Shown here: positions 25,343 through 33,401 of the stretch, in pieces
Layout of the letters: every line of letters begins with the position of its first letter
Numbering within the stretch: the first letter of the stretch is position 1
Source of the DNA: Thermoanaerobaculia bacterium
GTDB taxonomy: Bacteria; Acidobacteriota; Thermoanaerobaculia; Multivoradales; Multivoraceae
Assembly (NCBI GenBank): GCA_022826745.1
Contig: JAJDUI010000006.1
Location: forward strand, 71,015-135,014
DNA: 64,000 nt
Direction: 5' to 3'
Notes under the pieces: generated by a model
Seen by the model: only the letters and a program-made list of their open reading frames with translations
Database searches by the model: none
What the model was told of the DNA's origin: nothing
Translations under genes and position numbers: made by a program

Positions 25343-28015
25343 TTATAGAAGGCTGTGCTGGCGTTCCGGCTCTGGCGTGGGCGCGCTTCCGCCCGCTTCG
25401 CTGACGGGGTCCGCTTCGTCTCCCGGCTCGACCGGAAGGCCGTTCCGGCCAAGTTCGATCAGGCGGTGCCTGGCGTCGCCTGCGAGACTTCGCGCGGCCC
25501 ACTCCCTGACCTCCTCCTCCTGGGTGAAGACGACGATCTGCCGTTCCTCGCTGAGGGCGATCAGCAGGTCGAGAAAGCGGATCGTACGGTCGGTGTCCGA
25601 GTGCACGGTCGCATCGTCGAGGAACAGGGGCGCGGACTCCTTCTTGTCGCCGAGCGCCTCGGCGAGGCCGATGCGGAGCAGCAGGTAGGTCTGGTCGACT
25701 GTGCCGTGCGACAGCTCGGTGGCGGAGCGGAAGACGCCGTCTTCGACCTCGAGTTGCACCTCCATTCCCTCTTCCGGGTCGATACGGACGGCCGAGTAGC
25801 GGCCGTCGGTGACGAGTTTCAGCCGCTTCTCCAGCGCTTCGCGCAGGTCCGGCGCGAGCATGCGATGGACCTCGTCCTGGGCTGCTTCCAGGTGTTCTCT
25901 GGTCGTGTCGAGGATGTCGCTTGCCCGACGCAGGAGCACGACCTCGCGCTCGACGGCGGCCTGCTCCTCTTCGAGCTCGGCGAGCGAGGGGAGGTCGCCG
26001 TCGGCAGCGAGTTCGACCTGCTTCCGGTTGACCTCGATGCGGGCGTCGACCGCGTCGGCACGGGCCTCGACCAGCTTCCGTTCCAGCACGTCGTCGTCGA
26101 GCCCCCGGACGTCGTCCGTCTCCGCCGGCAGTGAGTCCGCGGCCCGGCTCGCCTGATCCGCGGCCGCGTCGCGCCGGGCCGCGAGACTCCGGCGGTCGCT
26201 GCCGCCCAGGAGGCGCTGCAGGTGGTCCCAGTCGTTTCGCTCGTCCCGGAGTCGGCGCTCCCGATCCTGTAGCCACCGGGCGGCCGCCGTGGCGTTGCGG
26301 CGGCAGCGCTGTTCGTACCGATCGAGCAAGCCGGCGACGGATACCTCCTGATCCTCCAGGCCGCGGCCGCCGAGCGCGGTGCGGAGGGCGGCCTCGGCCG
26401 TCGTCTCCGTTTCACGCGCCGCTTCCACCCGGCTGAGCCAGAGAGTCCGCTCCCGGTCCCAGGCTTCGCGCTCCCTGAGTGCCGCGAGGGCGCTTCGCAC
26501 GGCATCCGCGTCGGCTTCGAGGCCGAGCTCCGCGAGTGCTTTGCGTGCCGCCTCGAACTGGCGCTCTCTGCGCCTGTGCTTCCGCTTCAGGTCCCTCAGG
26601 TCCGCCTCGGCGTCTGCCCTGTCCATGCCACGTTGCGCCTGTTCATGGGCTTCCGGTTGGGGAGACAGGCGTCTCTGCGCGCGGTAGATGAGGACCGAGC
26701 TGACGAAGGCGAGAAGAGCACCGGCGATGCTGATCGCTCGCGGCAGGAGGTCGAAGAAGCCCAGCGCCACGACCAGGCTGCCGGCGATAGCCCCGATCCA
26801 GGGCCAGCGGCCGAAGCCGGAACTCGCTTCGAGCTGGCGTCTGAGCTGCGCCTGTTCGTCGCGGAACGCCTGGACCCGCCGTTCGGCCTCTTCGAAAGGC
26901 TCTGGAGGCGGCAGCTCGAGGACCTCGAGCGCGCGTTTCACGGTCGGCTCGTCGGCCTTCGAGATGACCGATGCCGGAGGCTCGGCGGGTCCCAACTGTT
27001 CGCGCAGGGTGCGCGCTTCGGTGGCCGCGCGCCACGTCCTGGCCGCTTCGGCGACCTCCGGGGCCACTTCGCTGTCGCCGTCCGGGGCTTCGGCCAGGCC
27101 GGTCCGCTGCCCGGCGTTCTTTCCCGCTCCGGGAGCGCTGCTTTCTTCGCCGGGTTGCGGCGGGGCGCCGTCTGGGAACTTCGACGCCAACCGGTCGATC
27201 TCTGCCAGGCGCGCCTCCAGCCGGCCAAGTTCCCGTTCGGCATGCACGCTCTCGCACGCCTGGACGAGGGCGTTGGCGCTCCGGGCCCAGTCGCGGGCCG
27301 CGCTCAGCTCGTTCTCCAGGCTCGTGCGCAGCTTGTGACGGCTTCTGCCCTGCTCCAGGGCCTCGCGGGCTCCGGTGGCGCGGTCGATCGACCGCTGCAA
27401 CGGTCTGGTGGAGTTGCGACGCTCCAGGCCGATCTCCTCGCTGGCGTACTCGCTCAGGGTACGGAGCGCCTCGACGGCGGTGGCGGCGCCGCCCGCCGAA
27501 GCTGCCGCCCGCTGTAGCTCTTCCTTGAGCGCGGAAGCCTCGTCGCCCTTCTTCTCGCTCTTCTGCCGCAGTCTCTGGATGTCGCCCTGGCCGATGACCA
27601 GAGTCGACGGCATGACCTGGCGGTTCAGACCGAGGAACCGGGAGCCGTCGATGCTGCCGCTGTAGATGATCTCGTCGCCGATGGCGCGTCCGGTGTCGGC
27701 GTCCTGGGCGACGCTCTCCTTCGTGTCGAGGTCGCGCTGCTGGATCTCGATCCGCCGCCCGTCGTCGAGTTCGAACTTCACGGTGGCGCGCCACTGGCCG
27801 CCGCTCCAGGGCTTGTACTGGCGCTCGAACTCCCGTTCTTCCAGGGTGTTGGCGCCGCGGCCGCGGCGCCGGCCGCAGAGACCGGCGAAGATCGCCTGCA
27901 GCCAGGTCGACTTCCCGGCTTCGTTATCGCCATGGATGACGGTCATTCCGGGCGCCAGGTCGAGTTCGCCGTCGAGCTTGCCGAACTCGTGCGCGCGGAC
28001 GCGGTGGATCTTCAC
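25343..28015 (-). CDS. SMC-like / SbcC-Rad50-like AAA ATPase (YhaN/SbcE-like) with long coiled coils and a central hydrophobic hairpin.
   Basis: An N-terminal Walker A (VIHGDNEAGKSTWLQAIFAGLCG) and C-terminal signature, Walker B and D-loop regions are present. The central segment FGRWPWIGAIAGSLVVALGFFDLLPRAISIAGALLAFVSSVLIY is predicted transmembrane. It overlaps the phosphoesterase gene by 4 nt. Confidence 0.8.
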   Translation of the reverse strand: MKIHRVRAHEFGKLDGELDLAPGMTVIHGDNEAGKSTWLQAIFAGLCGRRRGRGANTLEEREFERQYKPWSGGQWRATVKFELDDGRRIEIQQRDLDTKESVAQDADTGRAIGDEIIYSGSIDGSRFLGLNRQVMPSTLVIGQGDIQRLRQKSEKKGDEASALKEELQRAAASAGGAATAVEALRTLSEYASEEIGLERRNSTRPLQRSIDRATGAREALEQGRSRHKLRTSLENELSAARDWARSANALVQACESVHAERELGRLEARLAEIDRLASKFPDGAPPQPGEESSAPGAGKNAGQRTGLAEAPDGDSEVAPEVAEAARTWRAATEARTLREQLGPAEPPASVISKADEPTVKRALEVLELPPPEPFEEAERRVQAFRDEQAQLRRQLEASSGFGRWPWIGAIAGSLVVALGFFDLLPRAISIAGALLAFVSSVLIYRAQRRLSPQPEAHEQAQRGMDRADAEADLRDLKRKHRRRERQFEAARKALAELGLEADADAVRSALAALREREAWDRERTLWLSRVEAARETETTAEAALRTALGGRGLEDQEVSVAGLLDRYEQRCRRNATAAARWLQDRERRLRDERNDWDHLQRLLGGSDRRSLAARRDAAADQASRAADSLPAETDDVRGLDDDVLERKLVEARADAVDARIEVNRKQVELAADGDLPSLAELEEEQAAVEREVVLLRRASDILDTTREHLEAAQDEVHRMLAPDLREALEKRLKLVTDGRYSAVRIDPEEGMEVQLEVEDGVFRSATELSHGTVDQTYLLLRIGLAEALGDKKESAPLFLDDATVHSDTDRTIRFLDLLIALSEERQIVVFTQEEEVREWAARSLAGDARHRLIELGRNGLPVEPGDEADPVSEAGGSAPTPEPERQHSLL

Positions 28016-29157
28016 CCGGGCTCTCCGATCGAGGGGTCCGCCTCGGAAGCGCCCATCCGAAGTTCGTCGATCACGGCGAGGTCCTCCCGGCCGTCCAGCG
28101 CACGGAGGCCGGCGAGAAGCACGAGCCGCTCGGTTTCCGGGTCCAGGTCGTCTTCGCGGACGCGCTGGACGAACATGCCGCGAACGGTGGGCTCCTGTTC
28201 GATCTGCTCCAGATCGTAGGGCGGCGTCAGACCGGAGATGTCGACCAGTACCTGCTCGACTCCGTCCGGCAGTTCGAACGAACTGGTGGCGAAGTCATCC
28301 TCGTGCAGGTGAAGGTCGTCCGGTTCGCCGATCAGCCGGATTCGAGCGGCGCCGGCCATTCCGGAGAGCGCGTCGCGGACCCGGTCCCGGGCCTGACCCG
28401 GGTTCTCGACCTCCGTCAGGTCGACGCTCAAGGTGTGAAGGGCCGGGGGCCGCGGGTCGAGCCGGCGACGCGTCACTCGACCATTCTCGATCTCCAGAAT
28501 CACGGCGCTGCCATAGGCCTCGTTGAACTTGAGCCGTTCGAGCGAGCCGAGGCGGGTCCAGGTCGGTCGGTCGGCGGGTTTGTGGGAGTGACCCACGACG
28601 GCGTGGTCGAAGCCGGCGGCAGCGATCTGGTCGCCCTCGAACGGGGCGTGCCGGTACTGGCCCTGGAACGCGGCGTTCCGTTCCTCGCCGTGGAAGACGG
28701 CGATGTGAGTACCGGAGCCCTCGACGCTGAATCCGTCGTCGAAGAAGCCGGGAGTGTCCGCGGGTTTGCGGTGTGCGGCGCCCCAGATCGTCAACCCGTC
28801 TGCGAGCGCTCTCGACGTGAAGCGCGTTTCGGTGAAGATGTGGACGTTGTCCGGCCAGTCGATCCGCCGGTACGGACTCTCCGTGTCCGCGTAGTCGTGG
28901 TTCCCGGGAGCGGCGAGGACCTGGAGTTCCGATCGTTCGAATGTCCGTCGGAGAAAGTCGACCGTGTCCGGCGACACGAGTTCATGCTCGAACAGGTCGC
29001 CGCCGATCAGCACCGCGGCAGCGCCCTCATGCCGGGCCTGCTCGAACGCCCAGGTCACGCCCTCGCGAAGCCGCTGGCGCTGCCGCCGGGCGACCTCCCG
29101 GCTCGCCCAGCCGAACTTCGAGTCCAGGTGGACGTCGCTGAAGGCGAGGAGCTTCAC
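28012..29157 (-). CDS. Calcineurin-like metallophosphoesterase, SbcD/Mre11-like nuclease partner (YhaO/SbcF-like).
   Basis: MKLLAFSDVHLD...GGDLFE...GNHD motifs are present. It lies immediately upstream of and overlapping the SMC-like ATPase. Confidence 0.8.
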   Translation of the reverse strand: MKLLAFSDVHLDSKFGWASREVARRQRQRLREGVTWAFEQARHEGAAAVLIGGDLFEHELVSPDTVDFLRRTFERSELQVLAAPGNHDYADTESPYRRIDWPDNVHIFTETRFTSRALADGLTIWGAAHRKPADTPGFFDDGFSVEGSGTHIAVFHGEERNAAFQGQYRHAPFEGDQIAAAGFDHAVVGHSHKPADRPTWTRLGSLERLKFNEAYGSAVILEIENGRVTRRRLDPRPPALHTLSVDLTEVENPGQARDRVRDALSGMAGAARIRLIGEPDDLHLHEDDFATSSFELPDGVEQVLVDISGLTPPYDLEQIEQEPTVRGMFVQRVREDDLDPETERLVLLAGLRALDGREDLAVIDELRMGASEADPSIGEPG

Positions 29158-29203
29158 GCCCCGGGCGTTCCAGGCGGAGCGCTAGCGGCGCCGGCGGTGC
29201 GCG

Positions 29204-29695
29204 TCACTCCTCGAGAACCGCGGGCCAGTTCTCGTCGGCCTGCTCGATGTTCCGGTCGCGGTCCTCGAGCCACTGCCTCATGACCCTCTTGTTGTAGTTC
29301 AGGTAGAGCTTGCCGTTGACCAGGGTGAACGCGTCCGGATCGGTGGGGGCGGTGTAGTTGCGGCTCACCGCCCAGGCGCAGTAACCGCCGTACTGGGGCG
29401 CGTACTTCTCCGGATCTTCTGAGAAGGCGTCCCGGTTCCCGGCGCTCGCGAAGCGCCAGTCGGCGCCCTGCCAGCCGAGCGTGAAGTCCTTGTCGCCTTT
29501 GACCGCTTTCCCTTCCGTGAAGTAGGCGACCGGGTCGTAGCCGCGGATGGCCAGGTTGCCGCGGTTGGTGAAGACCGGATCCTCGGCAGTGGCAGCGGCC
29601 GGAAACGCGGTCAGAGCGGCGATGGCGATGAGGGCGGCGAGGGCCGTCTCGCGGGCGAGTGGGCCGAGACGACGGCGGCGCTGTGGCGTAGACAT
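29204..29695 (-). CDS. YHS-domain-containing secreted protein.
   Basis: There is a signal peptide, and DPVAYF...GKAVKG...PEKYAPQYGGYCAWAV matches a YHS/TRASH-like domain. Confidence 0.55.
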   Translation of the reverse strand: MSTPQRRRRLGPLARETALAALIAIAALTAFPAAATAEDPVFTNRGNLAIRGYDPVAYFTEGKAVKGDKDFTLGWQGADWRFASAGNRDAFSEDPEKYAPQYGGYCAWAVSRNYTAPTDPDAFTLVNGKLYLNYNKRVMRQWLEDRDRNIEQADENWPAVLEE

Positions 29696-29773
29696 GAGGT
29701 GAGTCCTCCTCGGGCGAGTCTATTCAGTCGCCGTGGCTGTTCCTCCGGGTTTCGGGCGGTCGAGACGAGAAGT

Positions 29774-30205
29774 TCAGAACTCGAGTCTCTCCGTCCGGAA
29801 TCCCTTGAAGCGGTCGAAGTCACGATCCTCCGTGAACAGCTTGGAGACGCCGTGCTCACGGCAGAGCGCCACGATCTGGGCGTCGAAGACGAGGTTGCCA
29901 ACGGCGTTCACCTCGCGGATGGCCTCGAGCAGGAGTTGCGCATAGTGCGGTCCCGGCCGCAGGAGCGTAAGGCTCGGCGTCTCGAGCAGGCTGGAAACCG
30001 CCTTACAGGCCTTCTCCGGCGAGTAGGACGGGACGACCAGCCGCGGATGCGTGAGCAGGCGCATCAACTCGCCCAGGCAGAAGACGGGGATTGCCCAGGG
30101 CGTCAAGGTCCCAGCCAGGGCGGAGAGAATGCCCTGTGCCGAACGTTGCCTTGGAGAACCGTCCTGGTGGGCGTAGAGGAGGACGTTGGTATCGACGGCG
30201 ATCAA
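29774..30205 (-). CDS. vapC: Type II toxin VapC (PIN-domain ribonuclease).
   Basis: MIAVDTNVLLYA with a conserved Asp is present, along with a PIN-domain acidic quartet pattern. It shows a 4-nt overlap with the upstream antitoxin. Confidence 0.85.
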   Translation of the reverse strand: MIAVDTNVLLYAHQDGSPRQRSAQGILSALAGTLTPWAIPVFCLGELMRLLTHPRLVVPSYSPEKACKAVSSLLETPSLTLLRPGPHYAQLLLEAIREVNAVGNLVFDAQIVALCREHGVSKLFTEDRDFDRFKGFRTERLEF

Positions 30206-30441
30206 TCCAGGCCGTCCATGATGTCGTAGAGAGAGTTGCGGTCGGCGAAGTCAACCCCCGGTCTGGTGCGAAACCGCTTGGTGACGAGCTTCAGCTTGAA
30301 CGGCTCCTCGGCCCGTTGTGGGGGCTGCAGGTATTGCCGGATAGCCCGCTCGATCAGGCGAGTCAGCGGTTCGCCATCCTCTGCAGCGCGAACCTTGGCC
30401 GCCTTGATCAGGCGGTCGTCGAAGTTCAGCGTGGTCTTCAT
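30202..30441 (-). CDS. vapB: Type II antitoxin VapB-like.
   Basis: The 79-aa protein MKTTLNFDDRLIKAAKVRAAEDGEPLTRLIERAIRQYL sits directly upstream of vapC. Confidence 0.75.
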   Translation of the reverse strand: MKTTLNFDDRLIKAAKVRAAEDGEPLTRLIERAIRQYLQPPQRAEEPFKLKLVTKRFRTRPGVDFADRNSLYDIMDGLD

Positions 30442-30529
30442 ACAGAAATCTGTATCACCTGCGCCGGATTCCTGTCAACGGAGCCGGTCCGGGGCCGGGT
30501 TCATGTCGCGGATAGTGTCTGTTGCGGCC

Positions 30530-32269
30530 ATGCGGCGTTCTTCAACCTTCGCCCTAGTCCTTCTGGCCGCGGTTCTCCCGGCATGCGGCGAAGCGGACGG
30601 CGGCGCGGACGTGTCGACGGCGGTTCCCGCGCCGGAGCCAGTCTTCCTCGAGCGCGCTTCCGAAGCGGGACTCGACTTCGTCCACCACAACGGCGCAGTC
30701 GGCGACTACAACTACCCCGAGCTCCTGGTGGGAGGTGGGGCGCTGCTGGACTTCGACGAGGACGGACTGCTCGACGTCTATCTGGTCCAGAGCGGTCCGG
30801 TTCCCGGAGCGCCGGAAGCGGCCACTTCGGCGGGCCCGGCCGCCAACCGGCCGGGCAACCGCCTCTACCGCAACCTGGGCGACGGCACCTTCGAGGAGGT
30901 CACGGATGCCGCGGGCGTCGGCGATACGGGCTACGGCGCCGGGGCCACGGCAGCCGACTTCGACCGGGACGGCCTGGTCGATCTCTACGTGACGAACGTC
31001 GGACCGAACCGGCTCTACCGCAACCTGGGCGACGGCAGTTTCGAGGACGTGACGGAGCACGCCGGCGTCGGCGACCCGGCCTGGTCGTCCAGCAGCGTCT
31101 TCTTCGACTACGACGGCGACCTGGACCTGGATCTCTTCGTCGCCAACTACGTCGTCTGGAGCGCCGGCCGGGAGCGCCCCTGCCTGGGGCCCAACGGGCT
31201 GCGCAACTACTGCAATCCGGCGGAGTACCCGCCGGCGCCCGACACCCTGTACCGCAACGACGGCGGCGGGCGGTTCACCGACGTGAGCGAGGCCGCTGGC
31301 ATCCGCTCGGTTGCCGGGCCGGGGCTGGGGGTCGTCGCGGCGGATTTCGACGGCGACGGGCTCACCGATCTCTACGTGGCGAACGACCAGGCGGCGAACC
31401 ACCTGTGGCTGAACCGGGGCGACGGCACGTTCCGGGAGGATGCCCTGTCGCGCGGAGCGGCGCTCAACGAACTCGGCCAGCCGGAAGCGGGCATGGGGAT
31501 CGCGGTGGCCGACCCCGACGGCGACGGCGACCTCGACCTGTTCCTGACCCACCTGAGCGGAGAGACGAACACGTTCTACCGCAACGACGGCGCCGGGTTC
31601 TTCCAGGATGTGACCGACGAGGCTCGCCTCGGCGGCGTGAGCCAGCCGTACACCGGCTTCGGCACGTCCTGGTTCGACTACGACGGCGACGGCATCCTCG
31701 ACCTCTTCATCGCCAACGGCAAGGTGACGCCGGGAGATACCGCCGCCTTCGACTACCGCGAGCCGAACCAGTTGCTGCGCGGCACGCCCTCCGGCCGCTA
31801 CGAGGACGTTTCGGGCCGGGCCGGCGCCGCCCTGGAACTGCTGGAGGTGAGCCGTGGCGCGGCGTTCGGGGATCTCGACAACGATGGAGACGTCGACATC
31901 GTGGTGGTGAACAACGAGGGGCCGGCCCGGCTGCTCCGCAACGATGTGGGGAACGTCTCGTCCTGGCTGATCGTCGACCTCTGCGGCGGCGGCGTCTTCG
32001 ATCGTTCCGCTGTCGGCTCGCGCGTGACGGTTCGGGCGGGAGGCAGGAGCTGGGCCCGCGACGCGCGTCCGGCGCAGAGCTTTGCCGTTGCCAACGATCC
32101 GCGAGTTCACTTCGCGTTCGGCGACATTCCGGGCGTCGATCACATCAGGGTGGACTGGTCTCACGGCGGCGTCACCGAGCGCTCGGGGGTGCCTGTGAAC
32201 AGCGTCCTGCGCCTGCTGGCACCGGGCGGGGAGCGGCCCGCGGAAGGGGTTTGCCGTGACGCGGAGTGA
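30530..32269 (+). CDS. CRTAC1-family protein (FG-GAP/VCBS repeats plus ASPIC/UnbV C-terminal domain); lipoprotein-type signal.
   Basis: Repeated aDFDgDGxxDLyvaN units and the C-terminal GSRVTVRAGG...FAVANDPRVHFAFG...IRVDWSHGG are present. The start is uncertain, with an alternative ATG at 30503. The track's longer N-terminus overlaps vapB and was rejected. Confidence 0.8.
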   Translation: MRRSSTFALVLLAAVLPACGEADGGADVSTAVPAPEPVFLERASEAGLDFVHHNGAVGDYNYPELLVGGGALLDFDEDGLLDVYLVQSGPVPGAPEAATSAGPAANRPGNRLYRNLGDGTFEEVTDAAGVGDTGYGAGATAADFDRDGLVDLYVTNVGPNRLYRNLGDGSFEDVTEHAGVGDPAWSSSSVFFDYDGDLDLDLFVANYVVWSAGRERPCLGPNGLRNYCNPAEYPPAPDTLYRNDGGGRFTDVSEAAGIRSVAGPGLGVVAADFDGDGLTDLYVANDQAANHLWLNRGDGTFREDALSRGAALNELGQPEAGMGIAVADPDGDGDLDLFLTHLSGETNTFYRNDGAGFFQDVTDEARLGGVSQPYTGFGTSWFDYDGDGILDLFIANGKVTPGDTAAFDYREPNQLLRGTPSGRYEDVSGRAGAALELLEVSRGAAFGDLDNDGDVDIVVVNNEGPARLLRNDVGNVSSWLIVDLCGGGVFDRSAVGSRVTVRAGGRSWARDARPAQSFAVANDPRVHFAFGDIPGVDHIRVDWSHGGVTERSGVPVNSVLRLLAPGGERPAEGVCRDAE

Positions 32270-33401
32270 CGTGGCCACCGCTCTCGGTGCGCCGTCCATC
32301 TGGCCGGCATGGGGCGTCGCGATTGTCCTCCTGGGGTTCGTCCTCGGCTGCAGCAACCCGGGAGCCGAGGTTCCCAACCAACCAGTGCGGACCACAGCCG
32401 TCGGGATCCCCCGAATCCCCAACCTCTCGGAACTCGACCCGGGTTTCGCCACGGCCGTCCTCGACGCCCTCGCGGTCGTCGACCGCGACCCGTCGAACGC
32501 AGCGGCAGTCGGCGCCCTGGGTCGCCTTTACCAGGCTCACCGCTACGTCGACCAGGCCCGGCGCTGCTACGAGCGGGCGGAGGAGCTCGATCCCTCGAGC
32601 CCCGACTGGCCGTACTACCTTGGCTTTCTGGCCGAGGGCCGCGGCGCTCACGAGGAAGCGGCGAGCCGCTTCGAACGTGCCCTGGAACTCCGTCCGGCGT
32701 ACTGGGCGGCGCGCGTCCGGCTCGGCAATGCGCTGCTGGCCGCCGGCGACCCGGACCGGGCGGAGGAGGCGTTCCGTGCGGTGCGGGCCGCCGCTCCCGG
32801 CTCGCCCTGGGGCGAACTCGGACTGGGCAAGGCGGCCCGGCGCCGAGGCCGGCCCGAAACCGCGGCTGAGCATCTGCGCACGGCGCTGGCGCTCGATCCT
32901 GCCCATCGGGAGACCCGTTACCTGCTGGCGATGACCGAGCGCCAACTCGGCAATTCGGAGCGCGCCGACGATCTTCTGGCCGACCTGGAGGCCACGGAGG
33001 TACCGAACCTCGACGATCCGATGCTGGAGGCCGTGTTCGACCTTGTACGGGATACCCAGACCATGATCCGGACCGCGAACCAGCGGCTGGCCGAAGGGGA
33101 CCACGTCGCAGCGGAACGCCTCTACCGCGCGGTTCTGCGGCTCGATCCAGACTCCTACGACGCACATCTCAACCTGGGCGTACTCCACGGCCTGGCCGAC
33201 CGCAACCAGGAGGCCGCCGCGGCGCTGGAAAGGGCGCTCGAAATCGACCCGGGACGGGCCGATGCGTACGCGCTACTCACCATCGCCTACATCAGGACGG
33301 GTCGAGCCGAAGAAGGTCTGCGGCAACTGGAAAGGGCGCTCGAGATCGACCCGGATCATCCCAGAGCGCGTGAGATTCTCCAGAACCTGAGCGGGAATTG
33401 A
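32256..33401 (+). CDS. TPR-repeat lipoprotein.
   Basis: A lipobox LGFVLGCS and multiple TPR-like units are present. It overlaps the CRTAC1 gene by 14 nt. Confidence 0.75.
   Translation: MTRSDVATALGAPSIWPAWGVAIVLLGFVLGCSNPGAEVPNQPVRTTAVGIPRIPNLSELDPGFATAVLDALAVVDRDPSNAAAVGALGRLYQAHRYVDQARRCYERAEELDPSSPDWPYYLGFLAEGRGAHEEAASRFERALELRPAYWAARVRLGNALLAAGDPDRAEEAFRAVRAAAPGSPWGELGLGKAARRRGRPETAAEHLRTALALDPAHRETRYLLAMTERQLGNSERADDLLADLEATEVPNLDDPMLEAVFDLVRDTQTMIRTANQRLAEGDHVAAERLYRAVLRLDPDSYDAHLNLGVLHGLADRNQEAAAALERALEIDPGRADAYALLTIAYIRTGRAEEGLRQLERALEIDPDHPRAREILQNLSGN

Noticed and set aside
25343-29157. Interpreting the phosphoesterase + SMC-like ATPase pair as a novel phage-defence system.
   Set aside because: The architecture matches housekeeping SbcCD/YhaO-YhaN-type DNA repair. 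Without an effector or neighbourhood evidence this stays speculative, so I reported it only as a moderate-interest observation.
30236-30529. N-terminal extension of the CRTAC1 ORF overlapping vapB.
   Set aside because: The extension is Cys/Arg-rich junk on the strand opposite VapB. A proper lipoprotein signal begins at the internal ATG.
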